From Setoptus koraiensis (lineage: Eukaryota > Animalia > Arthropoda), in assembly GCA_048013815.1 (NCBI GenBank), contig CM106585.1, positions 20,336,001 to 20,400,000 on the forward strand: a DNA stretch of 64,000 bases, in the 5' to 3' direction. Shown here piece by piece: positions 49,216 through 62,233 of this stretch. The notes under the pieces are model-generated. The model was not told the DNA's origin. It made no database searches and saw only the letters and a list, made by a program, of their open reading frames with translations. The translations under genes and the position numbers were made by a program. Positions within the stretch are counted from its first letter, which is position 1, and every line of letters starts with the position of its first letter.

Positions 49216-50928
49216 CTTGTGTGGGGCCAGTTGATTAGTGATTGGCGTTGTCGAGGATGCTGGCGTTGTAATTTTCCAACCGCTTCAACTGATGACAATG
49301 ACGATATTGTTGCTGTTGCCGCTGTTTGCATATGTTGGTGGCATCAATTGAAACGCTGACGGTGATGCAAATGTGTGTGTGATGTATATGTTATGTTGTT
49401 CTCGAAGAAACGAATTGCTGACCTGTTCTCGACATACACAATGTCACTAATAATGTGTGATTTACACTTGACAATTTTTATCTGTCTCAGTGCTGATGAT
49501 ATTGCTGTTTATTCGCTATTATTCGCACAAACTTACTTGTGTTAACTCTTGCCAACGGACGAATAACAAATAGTCGTATCATGACCGTCGTACAACATTG
49601 ATCGCGTCGAATATCGAACACCAACTGGCCGACACCATCGGTTCGAATTGAATTGAATTGAATCGAATAACGACGCACCGAAACGCCGCGAAACATTTAA
49701 TTCCATTCCACTACTACAATAATCGAGCTTCGCCTTGTGCGCGCGCACTTCTTTATTAATTTAGATCGTTCAGTGCGCACTGCGCATACGTGCACAACTT
49801 TCAGGGTTGTTGCTGCGAGTGTGCCAAGTTCTTTCATTGCCCCGGCACCTGGGAACCGGTACGGGTAACGTGTGCGTGTGCGTGTGTGTGTATTTGTACA
49901 TGTCGGTGCGCATTTGTTTGTTTGTTTGCGCCTCTTCGACCAATCTTCATGATATGCACATATACATTATATCCCGTTGCAAGTTTCCCATTACAAACGT
50001 TCCAAATATCCTATGAAATAATACAAAATTCACGCAATCAACTTGGCTTTTGTGGTCGATCTTCTCTCCTCTGTCCACTATCGATCCAGAAGCCAGGAAA
50101 TGACACTTTACATTGTATATTTTGTGAATGCTGTGCTCGAGTCCGGTAATCAAATTGACGATCGCTCTTGGACATTGTGCTGAGGCTACAATCGATGCTA
50201 TACAGCCTCATTGGTGCATGACACAAATGGAACCATTAAGTAGACGAAAATAAACTTGAACTGAATCGTTGATGGTAAGTGGTCATAGTGCAACCATAAA
50301 TTCAACAACTTGAAACATATGTGCCATAGCGTACCAATAATGTGACATGCTAATGGGCCACACATGTCTGAAACTTGTTAAACATATTCCTCAACTCCCA
50401 CTATTTTGCCACTACAACTAGCTGCAAAAACGTCACCTTCTGAAATGTCAGTCAGACAACTAAGCTTAGGTTGATAATGATAAAAATGATAATTCATTAT
50501 CACAGATTATTCTTGTTGAACTATACCACTGACACTTGTCAATGTAGCAGGCTAACTGTTCAACTCGATCGACATGCTAGATTGAAGTTGTTGTTAACTA
50601 TTTTTGCAACATTCAGACTCACAAATATTTAGTTGTAAGACTGTAAACTAGTTTACATGATTCAATGATTAGATGATGACAAGTGTTTGGATGATGTAAA
50701 AAGCCAAGGAAAAAGGTTAACAAGTTCTCACTCCAATGATTAACAATGTTCAACTGTCAGTCTTGCCGACAGATAGCTCTGAACAGCCGTCATGATGTGG
50801 CATTCAAAATAACAGTACCTGCATGATGTAAGATCTTCAAGATATACATTTGTGATATAACAATCAAATATTAAAGATTCTATCTCTTGGGGTTATTTAA
50901 ATTGTGGGAAGAAGCCAATTTAAACATG

Positions 50929-53462
50929 CATTTATGCGAATATTAGCATCTTGGTCAACAATAATCTGTGTTTGTGAGTGGAAAAATTCTAAAATCTCGC
51001 CTTGGAATGGTAATAAATTATTTAATCTGATTTGTTGTGAGTCTCGTGTCTCGTATCAACAAAAATCAAATCATCACCTGCCATTCAGAATAGATTGGCC
51101 GTTAAGAATGCTTCAAAATCATCGACAATTTGTGTCGACAACAACTCATCCATCTAGTCAAACTGTGAGTGTTCGCGATATAAATTATGACGATTGTCTG
51201 GAACTAAAGCAAACAGAAGAACTATCAAATAATCCAGTTACCCAGGTCATACTGACTTTGATTAATAATAGCAAACTCTTTGATGTGAGTATCATCGGTG
51301 TGTCGTCCCAGGTGGGAATGTGTTCACGAAGATCCGGAAGATCTGTGAAAAAACTGCGTTGCAAAACTACAAGTTACAAAAACATTCAGAAGAAAAATTC
51401 ATCAACGCCAATCATCCATTCAAGTGCATCTGTTTCTAGCAGAAATTCAGTGGAACTAAGAAGAGATACAGTGGTCAACAATGTTATTATTGAATCTGTC
51501 GATTTTATGTGTAAATCAGACTTGTTGCATCTAAAACTGGATATAGAAACTAACAAGCAATATAGTCATCTAGCTAGACAACAGTACCTTGTTGTAAATA
51601 CTATTTGCACCGCTGAAGATCCATACGATCAACAATATTCTGAACTCGAGCATAAAGCATGTTTCATAATAAGTGTCGATCCTTATCGTTATAGCGCTAA
51701 ATCGTCACTTGTTCCGATTGCACTCGATCGAATATCAACTATCGGTACCATTTCAAAGATTGCTCAGGATAACGTTACGTCATATATCTCGGAGGCCGGA
51801 GGTAGTGTAGCTGATAAATCAGGATCTAAATCAACTATTCACTCCAAGAGAATCAAATCAATCAATATAGGATTTATAAAACACCAAAAAGCAGGCGCAA
51901 TTGATTCTGCTGATTTGACCAGCAGTGAGACAAAAAGTATACCAGTAACTTTCAAGCTAACAAATGAAGGCAGCTCAATGATGGCAAACGATAATTTCCA
52001 AGATAATTTGCACAATTTGAGAATGAGATCATTGCATCCTCACCAATTAGCAGAGGATCTCTACACAAATACTATCAGATCGAACAGTCTGGCAATCATA
52101 GCGGCCTCGTGTTCGTTTGTCGTCATAATCTACATCTTATGTTTGGTGGTTCTGATAAAATCTCGCAACTACAATGCTCAAGCAAGACGATCTCAACTTT
52201 TTTCTGCAAATAGACCAATTGGAGGAAATAGAATAATTTCTGAACCTTTTGATCTAATAATGCCAACTAGCACTGAGGATAGACTGAATCGCCTGCTGGA
52301 AAAGAATTCACCACAAACGCATCCGGCAACAAGCTACAGTTTATCTACATTGGCTGTACAGAACCAAAGTGATGTGAATAAAAAATTGACGCCGAAGAGA
52401 TATGACGAAGATCTATCGTCATATTGTGATAGCTCAATGAAATCTATAGGATCGAAGATTGATAGTAAAACAGCTTTTAACGAAGGGGGACATTCAGAAA
52501 AGTTTAGCGAGGCCATGATATGCCAATCGAGTTTCAAGTTGGGAACTAAAGTTTTGAACAAAGTTGTTATACCGAGGGAATTTTTCGAATTTGATGCCCT
52601 TGTTGACCCACCGAAAGTGGCGACAGACACATTGGTCAGCATTAGAGAAGCCATGGGAGGTGCTCATGAAAAATTGAAAATACCTCGATTCAAGCCTGTA
52701 CTTTCGCCGATTAAAGAACACGAGAACGAGGAGAACTTTGATTATAAAAGTATACACTATTCTGGACAATCAAACCAAGCCACAATAAGTGGTCAAGCTG
52801 CTAGAATAAAATTGAAAAATTTGACATGGCTTGGCAGACATCAGCGGCAAAATGGAATAAGGACTTTGGACATACGGAATCCAGCACAGCGATTACAAAC
52901 TTCCAGAGGAAACCTTCAGAACAATTCGTGCGGTATTGACATCAAGAGACGGACAGAAAGATCTCCTAGCTTATACGATCGTACGCATAGTTCGGGTGGC
53001 ACTTACGTCAAATCTTCGGATGCTCCACACTCTCCACAATGTAAATTTAGGAAAAGGGACTATTTCAAATCACAACAGGTATATAACATAGTTGAGAAAC
53101 CAGCTTATGATTACTTTAATATGTATCACGAGCATAAGGTATATTCCATGTCGCATCACAGTCTTCCATATAATTTAAGCAATAGCAGCGTATATGAGTC
53201 CGTCAATTCAGATATTCAAATCAGAGAACATGGCCCTTGCGCATATTACAAAAATGATGGATTGGCACATAGTTTAAATAACAATTCTATGGTCTTGCTA
53301 GGGGAGATGGACGGAAGTACATCAAAGGATAATACAACTCTGAGCGAGTCACAATCTTCAACTCCATCTATTTACTCGTCAGATGACAACTTTCAAGCCG
53401 TAAGACGACTGAATATTTATGATGGTAATTTTGCTGCTTTAGTTCGATTGTTTGAATCATGA
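50929..53462 (+). CDS. Orphan single-pass membrane protein (about 844 aa); start uncertain
   Basis: 2.5-kb stop-free ORF in AT-rich DNA with one clear TM (LAIIAASCSFVVIIYILCLVVLI) followed by basic residues; no family recognised. Confidence 0.7.
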
Positions 53463-53662
53463 GGTTAGACATGAGATACAAAATTAACGTTGAATGAGAG
53501 ATCAGTTTTCTTCTTTTAATTCTTCAAATGTTTGAACAATTCAATCGCCTGGTTCCTTTTTTTCAAATATTACGACGAGTCATAAAATTGATCATTAGTG
53601 TGTTCTTGTTTAAATATTGGGGCTAATCCGAAACTTGTTACTAGTTCAAAGTTATTATTTGA

Positions 53663-55807
53663 TTAAGGCTGTTTGTCCTGAAACAAAAACAGATTGTTTG
53701 TGGCAGCTATAGCGATGATATTCTCTTTCGGATGCCATGCAGAATAGAGGATCTTTCTATTGAAGTCCAGACTGTCAACGCTTATCTCATCTCTTTTTTT
53801 CTTGTTTGAGGGGCACACCTAGGATTGATGAAGATAGATGAAAAGAGTCAGAATGATTTGCGAGGAAATGAATAGTGCCTCTAGCAAATATAATGGGTGC
53901 AGAAAGACTTACTTTTCTAGGTTTAAGAATTTTAGATCTAGCAACATCTTTTGATGCTTCCAGCATCACTTCCCTTCTATTGTGGCGATCACATATCTTG
54001 AAAAAATTGTTGTACGAGCCCGTCAGAATATAACTATCATAAAGAAAGATGTATTTGGTTAATATAATTGTTATTAATTAATTCCAGTTAAATTTTTGGA
54101 GTTGGCAGCATTATGAAAAAAGCTGATGCAAACATCTTGAAGACTTACCGATCAGAGCCGTCGAAACAACACTCGAATTTGTCGAAAATATATTCATTCT
54201 CGTATAAGCTACAAAGTTTAGATCGCAGGAATTCGTGTACTTGATAACATTCAACAGGCCTGGCACTCATATTGATATCCCAGACTTTAACAGAAACATA
54301 GTCTCTGGAGATTAGATAACGTCCATTGTTGCTGAATTTAATTCCGGAAATACTGGATATAATTTCGCTAAAAAAACTTCTAATAAATGGATCTTCTGGC
54401 TCTTCAAAAACTGCTTGTGTTAGGTTTGGGGGAGATGGGTAAATTATTAGGAAAATGTATTGAGTGCAAACTAGAGAGCAACCTTGAGAGAGCCTTGTTA
54501 ACCTTAAGAAAACTTACTCTCAGCATGCCTGTCGCACAAAGCCGCCGCCCTCATGTCACACAACCTTATGATACCCCGGCTGCTACTGTAAACAAAGACA
54601 TTACAATGGTGTGGATGAAATTCGGCTGCCGTTATCACTTCAACTAATTCTTCCATATTGACAGGTTTTATATCCACAATGTCTGTGATTAAATGGATTT
54701 TAGTAGCATGATAGTAAGGTAGAAAATTGGTATTAGTATTGACATATATGGGTGCCTTTTTCAGAGCGTAGAAGTGAGCTGTCAAGGCCATGTTGCCAAG
54801 CGTAATGCATTTTATTTCTATAATTTTCACTAGACTATAGAGAATAACTATAGTGTGCGAAACGCATCTGTGCCTAGCTCTAAATTAATCATTGTGCCCA
54901 GGTCTAAATTAATGATTGTTCTCAGCTCGGCTAAATTAATGATTGCGCCAAGTGGATGGTACTTTCGTCGACCTCGACACAATCCATCTGATTTGTTGTG
55001 CTAGATTTCATTTGATCACCAATTCATGAAAAATATGTGCCAGCGAGCAGCACAGCGTGCTTGACATAGCTATACGCTCTTCACGAAACACCCTATGAAT
55101 ATACACTAACAACCCTTTATGATAGAATTCAAAGGGATAGAACCTATGAGAGGTCGTTAATTGAAATAGAAAAAGTACTTACTAAAACTTTCATCAGTCA
55201 CTTCTTGATGCCATAGGTTGATTCTCAAATCATCGGCGGATAAATAGGTTTCTTGATCACTATTGACTGAGATTGAGTTGATGTGATAGGTGTGAGCATT
55301 AGCAAATATTCGTCTAGGACTAGCTTCTACCGTTAAATCAGTCGGTACAACTGTGGGTACTTTCAATTCAGTGATGGGGCTTTTAACAAATTGACCATAA
55401 TCGTCTTTGAGATTAAAACCATCAATTCTTTTATCACGTTCTGAAACTTTCCAAAGTTTGATCGTTTTATCATTTGTTGTTAATAGAAAATGGGCTGGAT
55501 TTTTCCTTTTTAACCACCTAATCTTATTTATTTTCTCCTCTATTTCAAGACTTTTTAAATAGTCAAATTCTGGTTCATGACTTTGAAATGTTGAATACAC
55601 ATTGTATTCGCATCTGGGACCAGATGTAGCAGTAGGCTGTTTAGAATCTTGATCACGTTGGAAAATAACAACTCTCCCACCTTTGTCTCCTGTAGCTAAT
55701 AAGTCTCCATCGTGGTTAAATTCAACACATGATATAATATCAGAATCAGTGGCGTCGTCGTCTAAGCTACCTTTAACTTGTGAGAAACTAATCTGAAGGG
55801 ATTCCAT
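53663..55807 (-). CDS. PPP2R2: PP2A regulatory subunit B55 (twins), 442 aa
   Basis: Exons 55183..55807, 54518..54682, 54149..54410, 53913..54033, 53663..53818. [65 protein letters not shown]. Confidence 0.97.
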
Positions 55808-56896
55808 ATTAACTTTTAATAATAATAATAATAACAGTAATTTTATATATAAATATATGTATCATATATTTATATATTTAAACGCATCTATATATAGATA
55901 TATAATAATGTGTTTATAAATTAATTGTAATAGAGCAGTGTAACGTTCATTTATATATATATGTATACACACATATATATAAGTATGTATATAGATATAA
56001 TTGGTGCCACTATTTATTAGCTACATTCAAGGATTTATTCTGTGCGTTAACTCTTCGTGTAACTGACTTGCTGCTGCTTCAAGTGTTTTAGACAATGCCT
56101 GTACTCTTGCGCTCTGCTGTTCTATCCCGTGTTCCCGTGTCTGTCTATCTCTACTTGGCTGTCTGATTGTGTGTGTCTGTGTGCTCGTTCTTTTTTTCTT
56201 TCCCTCTTTTTCCGACTCTCGCGCACTCTGTTTATTTCATCTCGTTAGCTGTTGCTTGCTGCGGCGGCCGCTGTATTGCTGCAAACACACACACACACAC
56301 ACTCACTCTCATATCGCCAAAACGCACACACACACGTACTCGCTTACTGGGCCGCTTATAAGCTTTATAGGCTTTAAAGCGCGCTCATGGAACATGTACA
56401 ATCTAATAAATGAGAAATACATGTATTAAACCAGCTACTATACTGGGGAAAGAACTACTGTAAACTTCCTCATGCGAATGCGCACAAAAATAGCGCCAAG
56501 TATGAAAATGCAAACTTTTTTTTCCACATGGTCCATGTCACGGAATCACCATGAACAAAACAAAATGTGACAGCATGCGTTTGCCAAATGGCAAACACGA
56601 CTTATGGTACAGGGGGTGTACGTGCGATACGAGCGCCTCTGGCAGATCTTTTGTGAAACGTTGTCAGTACATTGGAAAAAGCGCCCTCAGTTTTGGCGTA
56701 ATATGTTGCATGCTACAAATAGTACAAAGGACATGCGGTGCATTTTCATCATTATCTCTGCCCTGTAGTAACACGTTCCCTACGTTCAGACCTTCGTTAC
56801 AATTCACATCCATTTGATCTTCAATCGATCGTAATTATCGAATCGAAACCATCCAACCTTATTATTATTCTTTCTATATACGATCCCCCAGTCACA

Positions 56897-57781
56897 ATGA
56901 TCCTATCGGCAAATATTGGCATGGTCGCCCCCATGTTGAGGAACCTCGTATTAAATGGAACTAGGACCTTCACCAAGCTTGCCACAACAGCCTGCTACAA
57001 CACGGCCGGTTTGAAGCATGTCGGCTTCCAAGCGCCAAATAGACTTATGGTTTCCTTTGCAGACCCACTACTATGCAATTCAACCAGCATTCTGTCAAAC
57101 AAAATTCTCACCAACTCTATTCACAACTCATCGGAACATCCAAGTGGTACCGGCGAGACGCTGGCTACTGTTCTCGAGCGCGAGATTCAAGACGAAACTG
57201 CCGAGTTGGAAAATCAACAGACCGTTAATTTGGTGCCAGGATTTGATATTGAAACCGATGGTGCTGAGGTAAAATTAACTAAGAAGCACGGCTCAGAGAC
57301 TATCAATGTCACATTTAATGTGTCCTCATCACTACACGAGTGGATTTCTTCTGCCGAGACATCTGAAAATAAATCATCATCCTCAAAACAGGAAGACCAG
57401 GAGTCGCTGGAGGAGGATGTACAAACAGATTTGGTTAGCATGCCGGAGTTCCAAGTTCAAGTTGTCAAAGGCAACAGGACTCTAGAGTTCAGCTGCTTTT
57501 TTGTTGATCCGGAGCAAGATGAAGAGTCTGGCGAGGTCTACAACAGCTCTGCAGAATTCGATGTGCATGAGATAGTCTTATATGAGGGTACACCAAAAAG
57601 CTCCGAGTTTGCAGTCAGTACAGAATACTTCAACGAAGAACTACAAGAATCGTTACTATCTTACCTAGCCGAGAGGGGTATTAATGAAGAATTTGCAAGG
57701 AATCTAATTCACTTCGCAACCGGCTACGAGAAGAAGCAGTATATAAATATGATGGAAAAGATGAAAACCTTTGTTAGATAA
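56897..57781 (+). CDS. C1QBP: C1QBP/p32 (MAM33 family) mitochondrial acidic protein
   Basis: Presequence-like N-terminus, L..EIQ.E, E.I.VTFNV, S.PEF.V...KG, L..YLAERGI.EEFA, YE...YI..M..MK.F. Confidence 0.9.
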   Translation: MILSANIGMVAPMLRNLVLNGTRTFTKLATTACYNTAGLKHVGFQAPNRLMVSFADPLLCNSTSILSNKILTNSIHNSSEHPSGTGETLATVLEREIQDETAELENQQTVNLVPGFDIETDGAEVKLTKKHGSETINVTFNVSSSLHEWISSAETSENKSSSSKQEDQESLEEDVQTDLVSMPEFQVQVVKGNRTLEFSCFFVDPEQDEESGEVYNSSAEFDVHEIVLYEGTPKSSEFAVSTEYFNEELQESLLSYLAERGINEEFARNLIHFATGYEKKQYINMMEKMKTFVR

Positions 57782-57823
57782 ATAGACATACTTAAATAAC
57801 TCTAATCAGATAAGTTTTGTTGT

Positions 57824-58147
57824 TTATTTAGGTGTTTTTCTCGCTTCGATCGCCAAATATTTCTTAATTTTGGCCCTTAATTGTCCAGCGGAATCTTGAT
57901 AAATGTTTCTTTTGTCGCGGGCCATTGCATCATAGTCATCATTATATTTTTCGATGTAGTAGGTTATTTCCTTGACCATTTCTTTTCCGAACTTGAATTT
58001 CTGTTTCCTTTGTCTGTTTGCTTCCTTTTCAAGTTTTTGAACCATTTTTGACCCACTAGCAGGCTTAAAGAGCTTCTTGTTGGGATCCGCGGCTAAGCCG
58101 ACTTCCTTGTACAATTCTCTTGTTTTTATCGACCGCTTTTTGGCCAT
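57824..58147 (-). CDS. NOP16: Nucleolar protein 16 (short, 107 aa)
   Basis: GLAADPNK, V.KLE.EA, YYIEKY.DDY.AMARD.RN.YQD...QLR.KI..Y. Confidence 0.88.
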   Translation of the reverse strand: MAKKRSIKTRELYKEVGLAADPNKKLFKPASGSKMVQKLEKEANRQRKQKFKFGKEMVKEITYYIEKYNDDYDAMARDKRNIYQDSAGQLRAKIKKYLAIEARKTPK

Positions 58148-58522
58148 TTTTGTTTTTTTGTTTTTGTTAATTGTTAGCGAAATTAGATTATTCGTCAATA
58201 AAATGAAATAAACACAATCACATCCATTTATACTGGGATGTGATCATTGGAAGTTCAATAATATTACTTGTGGTATAACAATGATAATGTAGAATACTAT
58301 AAACACAAGAGCTATCATGTGATTGACGAGCATGTCAAACAGCGAACGCTGGAAGCACGTGGTTGGGCAGCCAAACAATTTTCTCGGCATGGAATGCCCT
58401 TCATCTCACCTATTCATAAAATAACATCACAACAAAATTATCAATATAAGATGTCAAATTATTATTAAAATATATTATACTCTATCCGAGTCGACTTGTT
58501 TATAATTGTCCTAAATCACGAT

Positions 58523-61500
58523 ATGGATCCTACAGAGAACACCGTCATCGAGAGTCTCCGGCCAACCACCGTTCCAGTTGGATTATTGGCTCTGGGAATT
58601 GTCGATCAGATTGCAGACTTTTACATAAGGTTGCAAATATCTGGCGGTGTTTATTGCATCGTGCCCATAGCTAATATATCTGAGAGCTATACCGAACATC
58701 TTAAGTCATTCGCCATGAGAACATTGCTGAAACAAGCGCCTGCCAAGCCTCAGTCGCTATTCAAAATTGGCCAGCAGTTTGTTTGTAAAATCTTGGAAGC
58801 TAGAGCCAAGGCATCCGGAACATTTAATTCTATCGATCTTATTGCTACTCTTGATCCAGGTCACATATATGAGGATGTAATACCCAGCAATCTCATTTCG
58901 ATTCCGTACGCTCCGATCCAATGTGCCATACGATCAATTGAGGATCATGGTTATCAAGTAGACATAGGATTTGGTAGTATCTTTGGCTTTCTGAGTTTCG
59001 AGGATTCAAAGAATTTTATCGAGAAATTCAATGACAATCGTCAACTTGCCATAGGGCAGATTGTCAGATGTTGCATCAAATCTACCCCAAAAGAGCCAGA
59101 TGCCGAATCGCGTATCGTTCATCTGACCATCAAACCAAAGGATATGACAAAGTCTGTTTTTGATCTTGAAAAAGTCACAAATCACGTTATACCGGCACGC
59201 TGTCTGTTACCAGGTAGCAGAACCTTCGGTACTGTGATGAAGGTTTTGGAAAACGGACTCATTATAAATCTTATGAATGAATTCGGATCTTTCGCTCAAC
59301 GATATCACCTCAAAGATACATGGCACACACCGAAAGATGACTACAACATAGCTGACGAGATTCAATGCACTATTTTATTTTACCATCCCATCACTAAAAC
59401 ATTCTGCGTGACCCTGAAAGACCCTAAGGATACAGCTAATGATATCGAAGAATTGACATCCTACAAGGTCGGTCATTTCTTTGAGAAAGCACGGGTCAAA
59501 TACATGGAATCGAATAAATCTGTAGTTTTCAAGGTAGACAAAAAATTCAAAGCAATTGCAAGAGGACGTGATGCATTAGATGAATCGGTCACCAAGGCTG
59601 ACGGTGATGACGAAAGCCTGGCTATTGAATCTACGTATGTGAAAGGCTCAAAGCACAAATGTAGAATCAAATCTATCAATTTAGCCGATCTATTCATCCG
59701 AGTGAGTCTGAGAAAGGAATACATGGAGTGTCCACAGGTGTCCGTTGATACGTTAGTAGCAGGAGTATCCGTCAAAGCGACTATAAAGAAGTTCACATCT
59801 CGTGGAATATTGGTTAAATTTGGTTTAAATCTCAGCGCTATGCTTCCCAACGAGCATTTAACAGATACGGTTTTGAACTGCAAAAATTCAAAATTATATA
59901 CTTTGGGCCAGCAAATCAAATGCAGGGTTCTCAAGATAGATAGCAGCAAACAACCTTCGAAAGTGTATTTGACCCATAAACCTGAACTTTTGAAAAAGAA
60001 TTTGAATATAGTTGATTCCTACAATTGCACTGCCGGAACAGAGACCCACGGAGTTATTTTCAAAATTCGAGATGACGGTTTGATTGTTGAACTATTCAAC
60101 AATGTCAAGGGACATATTCCACTGACCTATTTGAGTTTGTCTCCAATAACCAGCAAACTTACTGACTTATTCAACGTGGGAGATACCATATCATGCGTTG
60201 TGGTGAGATCAAGGGAAGAATCGAGATCCTTGCAATTGGCAGCTATCAGCATGAGCGATGTTGAAAAAATCAAAACTAAGGCAAAATCGAGTAAATCTAC
60301 AAATGTGGCACGTGCTAAGTTGAAGAAACTACAGAAAATAGTCAAGGTGGCTGTTAACAGTTCTAAAACAATCCCGGCGAAACAAGTTTTGAAAAGTTTA
60401 GAAACCAATCAGAAACAGCAAGAAAAACGTTTGTTAACTGTCCCAAATTCTCTCAAAAGAAAGTTGGATGTCACAGCTCTCGATAATGCGGGAGAAAATT
60501 CAGATTTTTCCGAAGAGGAAGGATTTATTAGAATAGCCCCTAAGGTTGATGTGGATCCAAAAAAAGGCAAGACTAAGAAAGCCAAGTTTCTTGATGTCGG
60601 GTCAGGCATAAACTGGGATGCTAATATATGCGATCAATCTGAAGTTATACAAGAAGATTCCGAAAGTGATGAAGACGAAGACGATGATGATGAGGCTGCT
60701 AAAATTAAAAAGCCTAAATCCAGACGTCAGAGGAGTGAAGAATCTAGATTGCGGGAGGAGAAGCTCCGACAACTCGAAAATGAATTACTCGATGTTGACA
60801 AGCCTCCTCAGAGTGCTCAAGACTTTGAGAAATTGGTATTTCAGAGTCCTGATTCTAGCGATGTTTGGATGCGTTACATAAAATTTTATTTGCATAATGT
60901 TGAGACGGATAAAGCACGCTCAATTTGTCGTCGAGCACTCAAGACGATCAAGTTTCGTCTTGAGAAAGAGAAGATAAAGATATGGTTACAACTTATTGAG
61001 ATTGAGGCGAGATTTGGAGGACGAGACAAAATGAAAAGTGTCATAGAGGAGGCACTAGAAACTAATGACCGTCTCAAAATCTACCAAGGTGCAGTGAGGA
61101 TTCTAATCAGTATCAACGATTTTGACGAGGCTGATAAAATATACCAGGTGATGATAAAGAATTTCTCTAAAGATGTCAATGTTTGGTGCGATTATCTTAC
61201 TTTTGTTATGGAGCACAAGAAAGATCAAGAGCTAGCGAGATCTCTAATCGCCAAAGCCATGAAAAAGCTGTTGAAGTCAGATCAAGTTTTTCTCAAGTCA
61301 AAGTTTGCGCAATTGGAATTCCGATTCGGTGAGGTGGAGCGCGGGAAGACATTGTTCGAAAATCTGTTAAGTGACAATCCAAAAAGAGTGGACTTGTGGC
61401 GCGTCTACGGTGACATGGTCAGAAAGTACGGAATAAGACAAGATGACTCGATTGAAATTCGTCAAATGAATGCAGAAACTATAGAAAGAATTCAAGAATG

Positions 61501-61546
61501 TATTCAAACTGTATCTAAGAAAGGTAAAACCAATCGGCCCCTGTAG
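58523..61546 (+). CDS. RRP5: rRNA biogenesis protein RRP5 (S1 repeats + HAT/TPR), single exon, 1007 aa
   Basis: S1 repeats (SIEDHGY.VDIG, G.LVKFG), then PQSAQDFEKLVFQSPDSSDVWMRYI, KARSICRRALKTI.FR, AQLEFRFGEVERGKTLFENLL, PKRVDLW. Confidence 0.95.
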   Translation: MDPTENTVIESLRPTTVPVGLLALGIVDQIADFYIRLQISGGVYCIVPIANISESYTEHLKSFAMRTLLKQAPAKPQSLFKIGQQFVCKILEARAKASGTFNSIDLIATLDPGHIYEDVIPSNLISIPYAPIQCAIRSIEDHGYQVDIGFGSIFGFLSFEDSKNFIEKFNDNRQLAIGQIVRCCIKSTPKEPDAESRIVHLTIKPKDMTKSVFDLEKVTNHVIPARCLLPGSRTFGTVMKVLENGLIINLMNEFGSFAQRYHLKDTWHTPKDDYNIADEIQCTILFYHPITKTFCVTLKDPKDTANDIEELTSYKVGHFFEKARVKYMESNKSVVFKVDKKFKAIARGRDALDESVTKADGDDESLAIESTYVKGSKHKCRIKSINLADLFIRVSLRKEYMECPQVSVDTLVAGVSVKATIKKFTSRGILVKFGLNLSAMLPNEHLTDTVLNCKNSKLYTLGQQIKCRVLKIDSSKQPSKVYLTHKPELLKKNLNIVDSYNCTAGTETHGVIFKIRDDGLIVELFNNVKGHIPLTYLSLSPITSKLTDLFNVGDTISCVVVRSREESRSLQLAAISMSDVEKIKTKAKSSKSTNVARAKLKKLQKIVKVAVNSSKTIPAKQVLKSLETNQKQQEKRLLTVPNSLKRKLDVTALDNAGENSDFSEEEGFIRIAPKVDVDPKKGKTKKAKFLDVGSGINWDANICDQSEVIQEDSESDEDEDDDDEAAKIKKPKSRRQRSEESRLREEKLRQLENELLDVDKPPQSAQDFEKLVFQSPDSSDVWMRYIKFYLHNVETDKARSICRRALKTIKFRLEKEKIKIWLQLIEIEARFGGRDKMKSVIEEALETNDRLKIYQGAVRILISINDFDEADKIYQVMIKNFSKDVNVWCDYLTFVMEHKKDQELARSLIAKAMKKLLKSDQVFLKSKFAQLEFRFGEVERGKTLFENLLSDNPKRVDLWRVYGDMVRKYGIRQDDSIEIRQMNAETIERIQECIQTVSKKGKTNRPL

Positions 61547-62018
61547 TTGAATATTTGCACCAAGTTGCAGGTGCAAAAAAGATAAAATAAAATTAATAAA
61601 AATTTGCACATTTAGCATATCGGCACAGGAAGTTTTTGCATGTGCAAATTACAAATTTGGCCCATCTCTAGCGCTAGTGACTAGTGACTAGTGTTTCTTT
61701 AGTTGGGCAGCTCTGCCTATGGTGGCACCATATGTGCGTGGCTCGCAAGAGCGACAGAGAATGTGTTTAGTTTTCGGACTTGTTAGGCCAAGAATGTTTG
61801 TTTTGATTCCGTGAATCATTCACGGTGAATGTGTACTACGGCACTGCGGTATGTCTGTCTATGAGTGTGTGTGATAGTGTGAGTGTGTGTGTTGGCCTGT
61901 GTGTCAGCGAGCTGAAAGCATGAGCGAATATTGTGTGCGCGGATATCCGAAGAAAAGTCCGACTCGAATTAGGTACAAGCAGGCTTACACGTGCATTGCC
62001 TGTGCATCAGTTAGTGTG

Positions 62019-62061
<43 letters not shown>

Positions 62062-62151
62062 TGTTGAATGTGAACTCCCTGCAAGTCTCCCATGCACTTT
62101 AGTAGCCTGGATGCTGAACAAGGATCGAATTGGCGACCAACAGCAACAGAC

Positions 62152-62185
62152 ACACTGGCTCACAACAAGTTGTGTGACTCACAAG

Positions 62186-62233
<48 letters not shown>

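Noticed and set aside
61595-61695. Short inverted repeat (aatttgcacat...atgtgcaaatt) followed by CTAG repeats, Helitron-end-like
   Set aside because: AT-rich stem, wrong spacing to CTAG and no 5' TC end or internal sequence identified.
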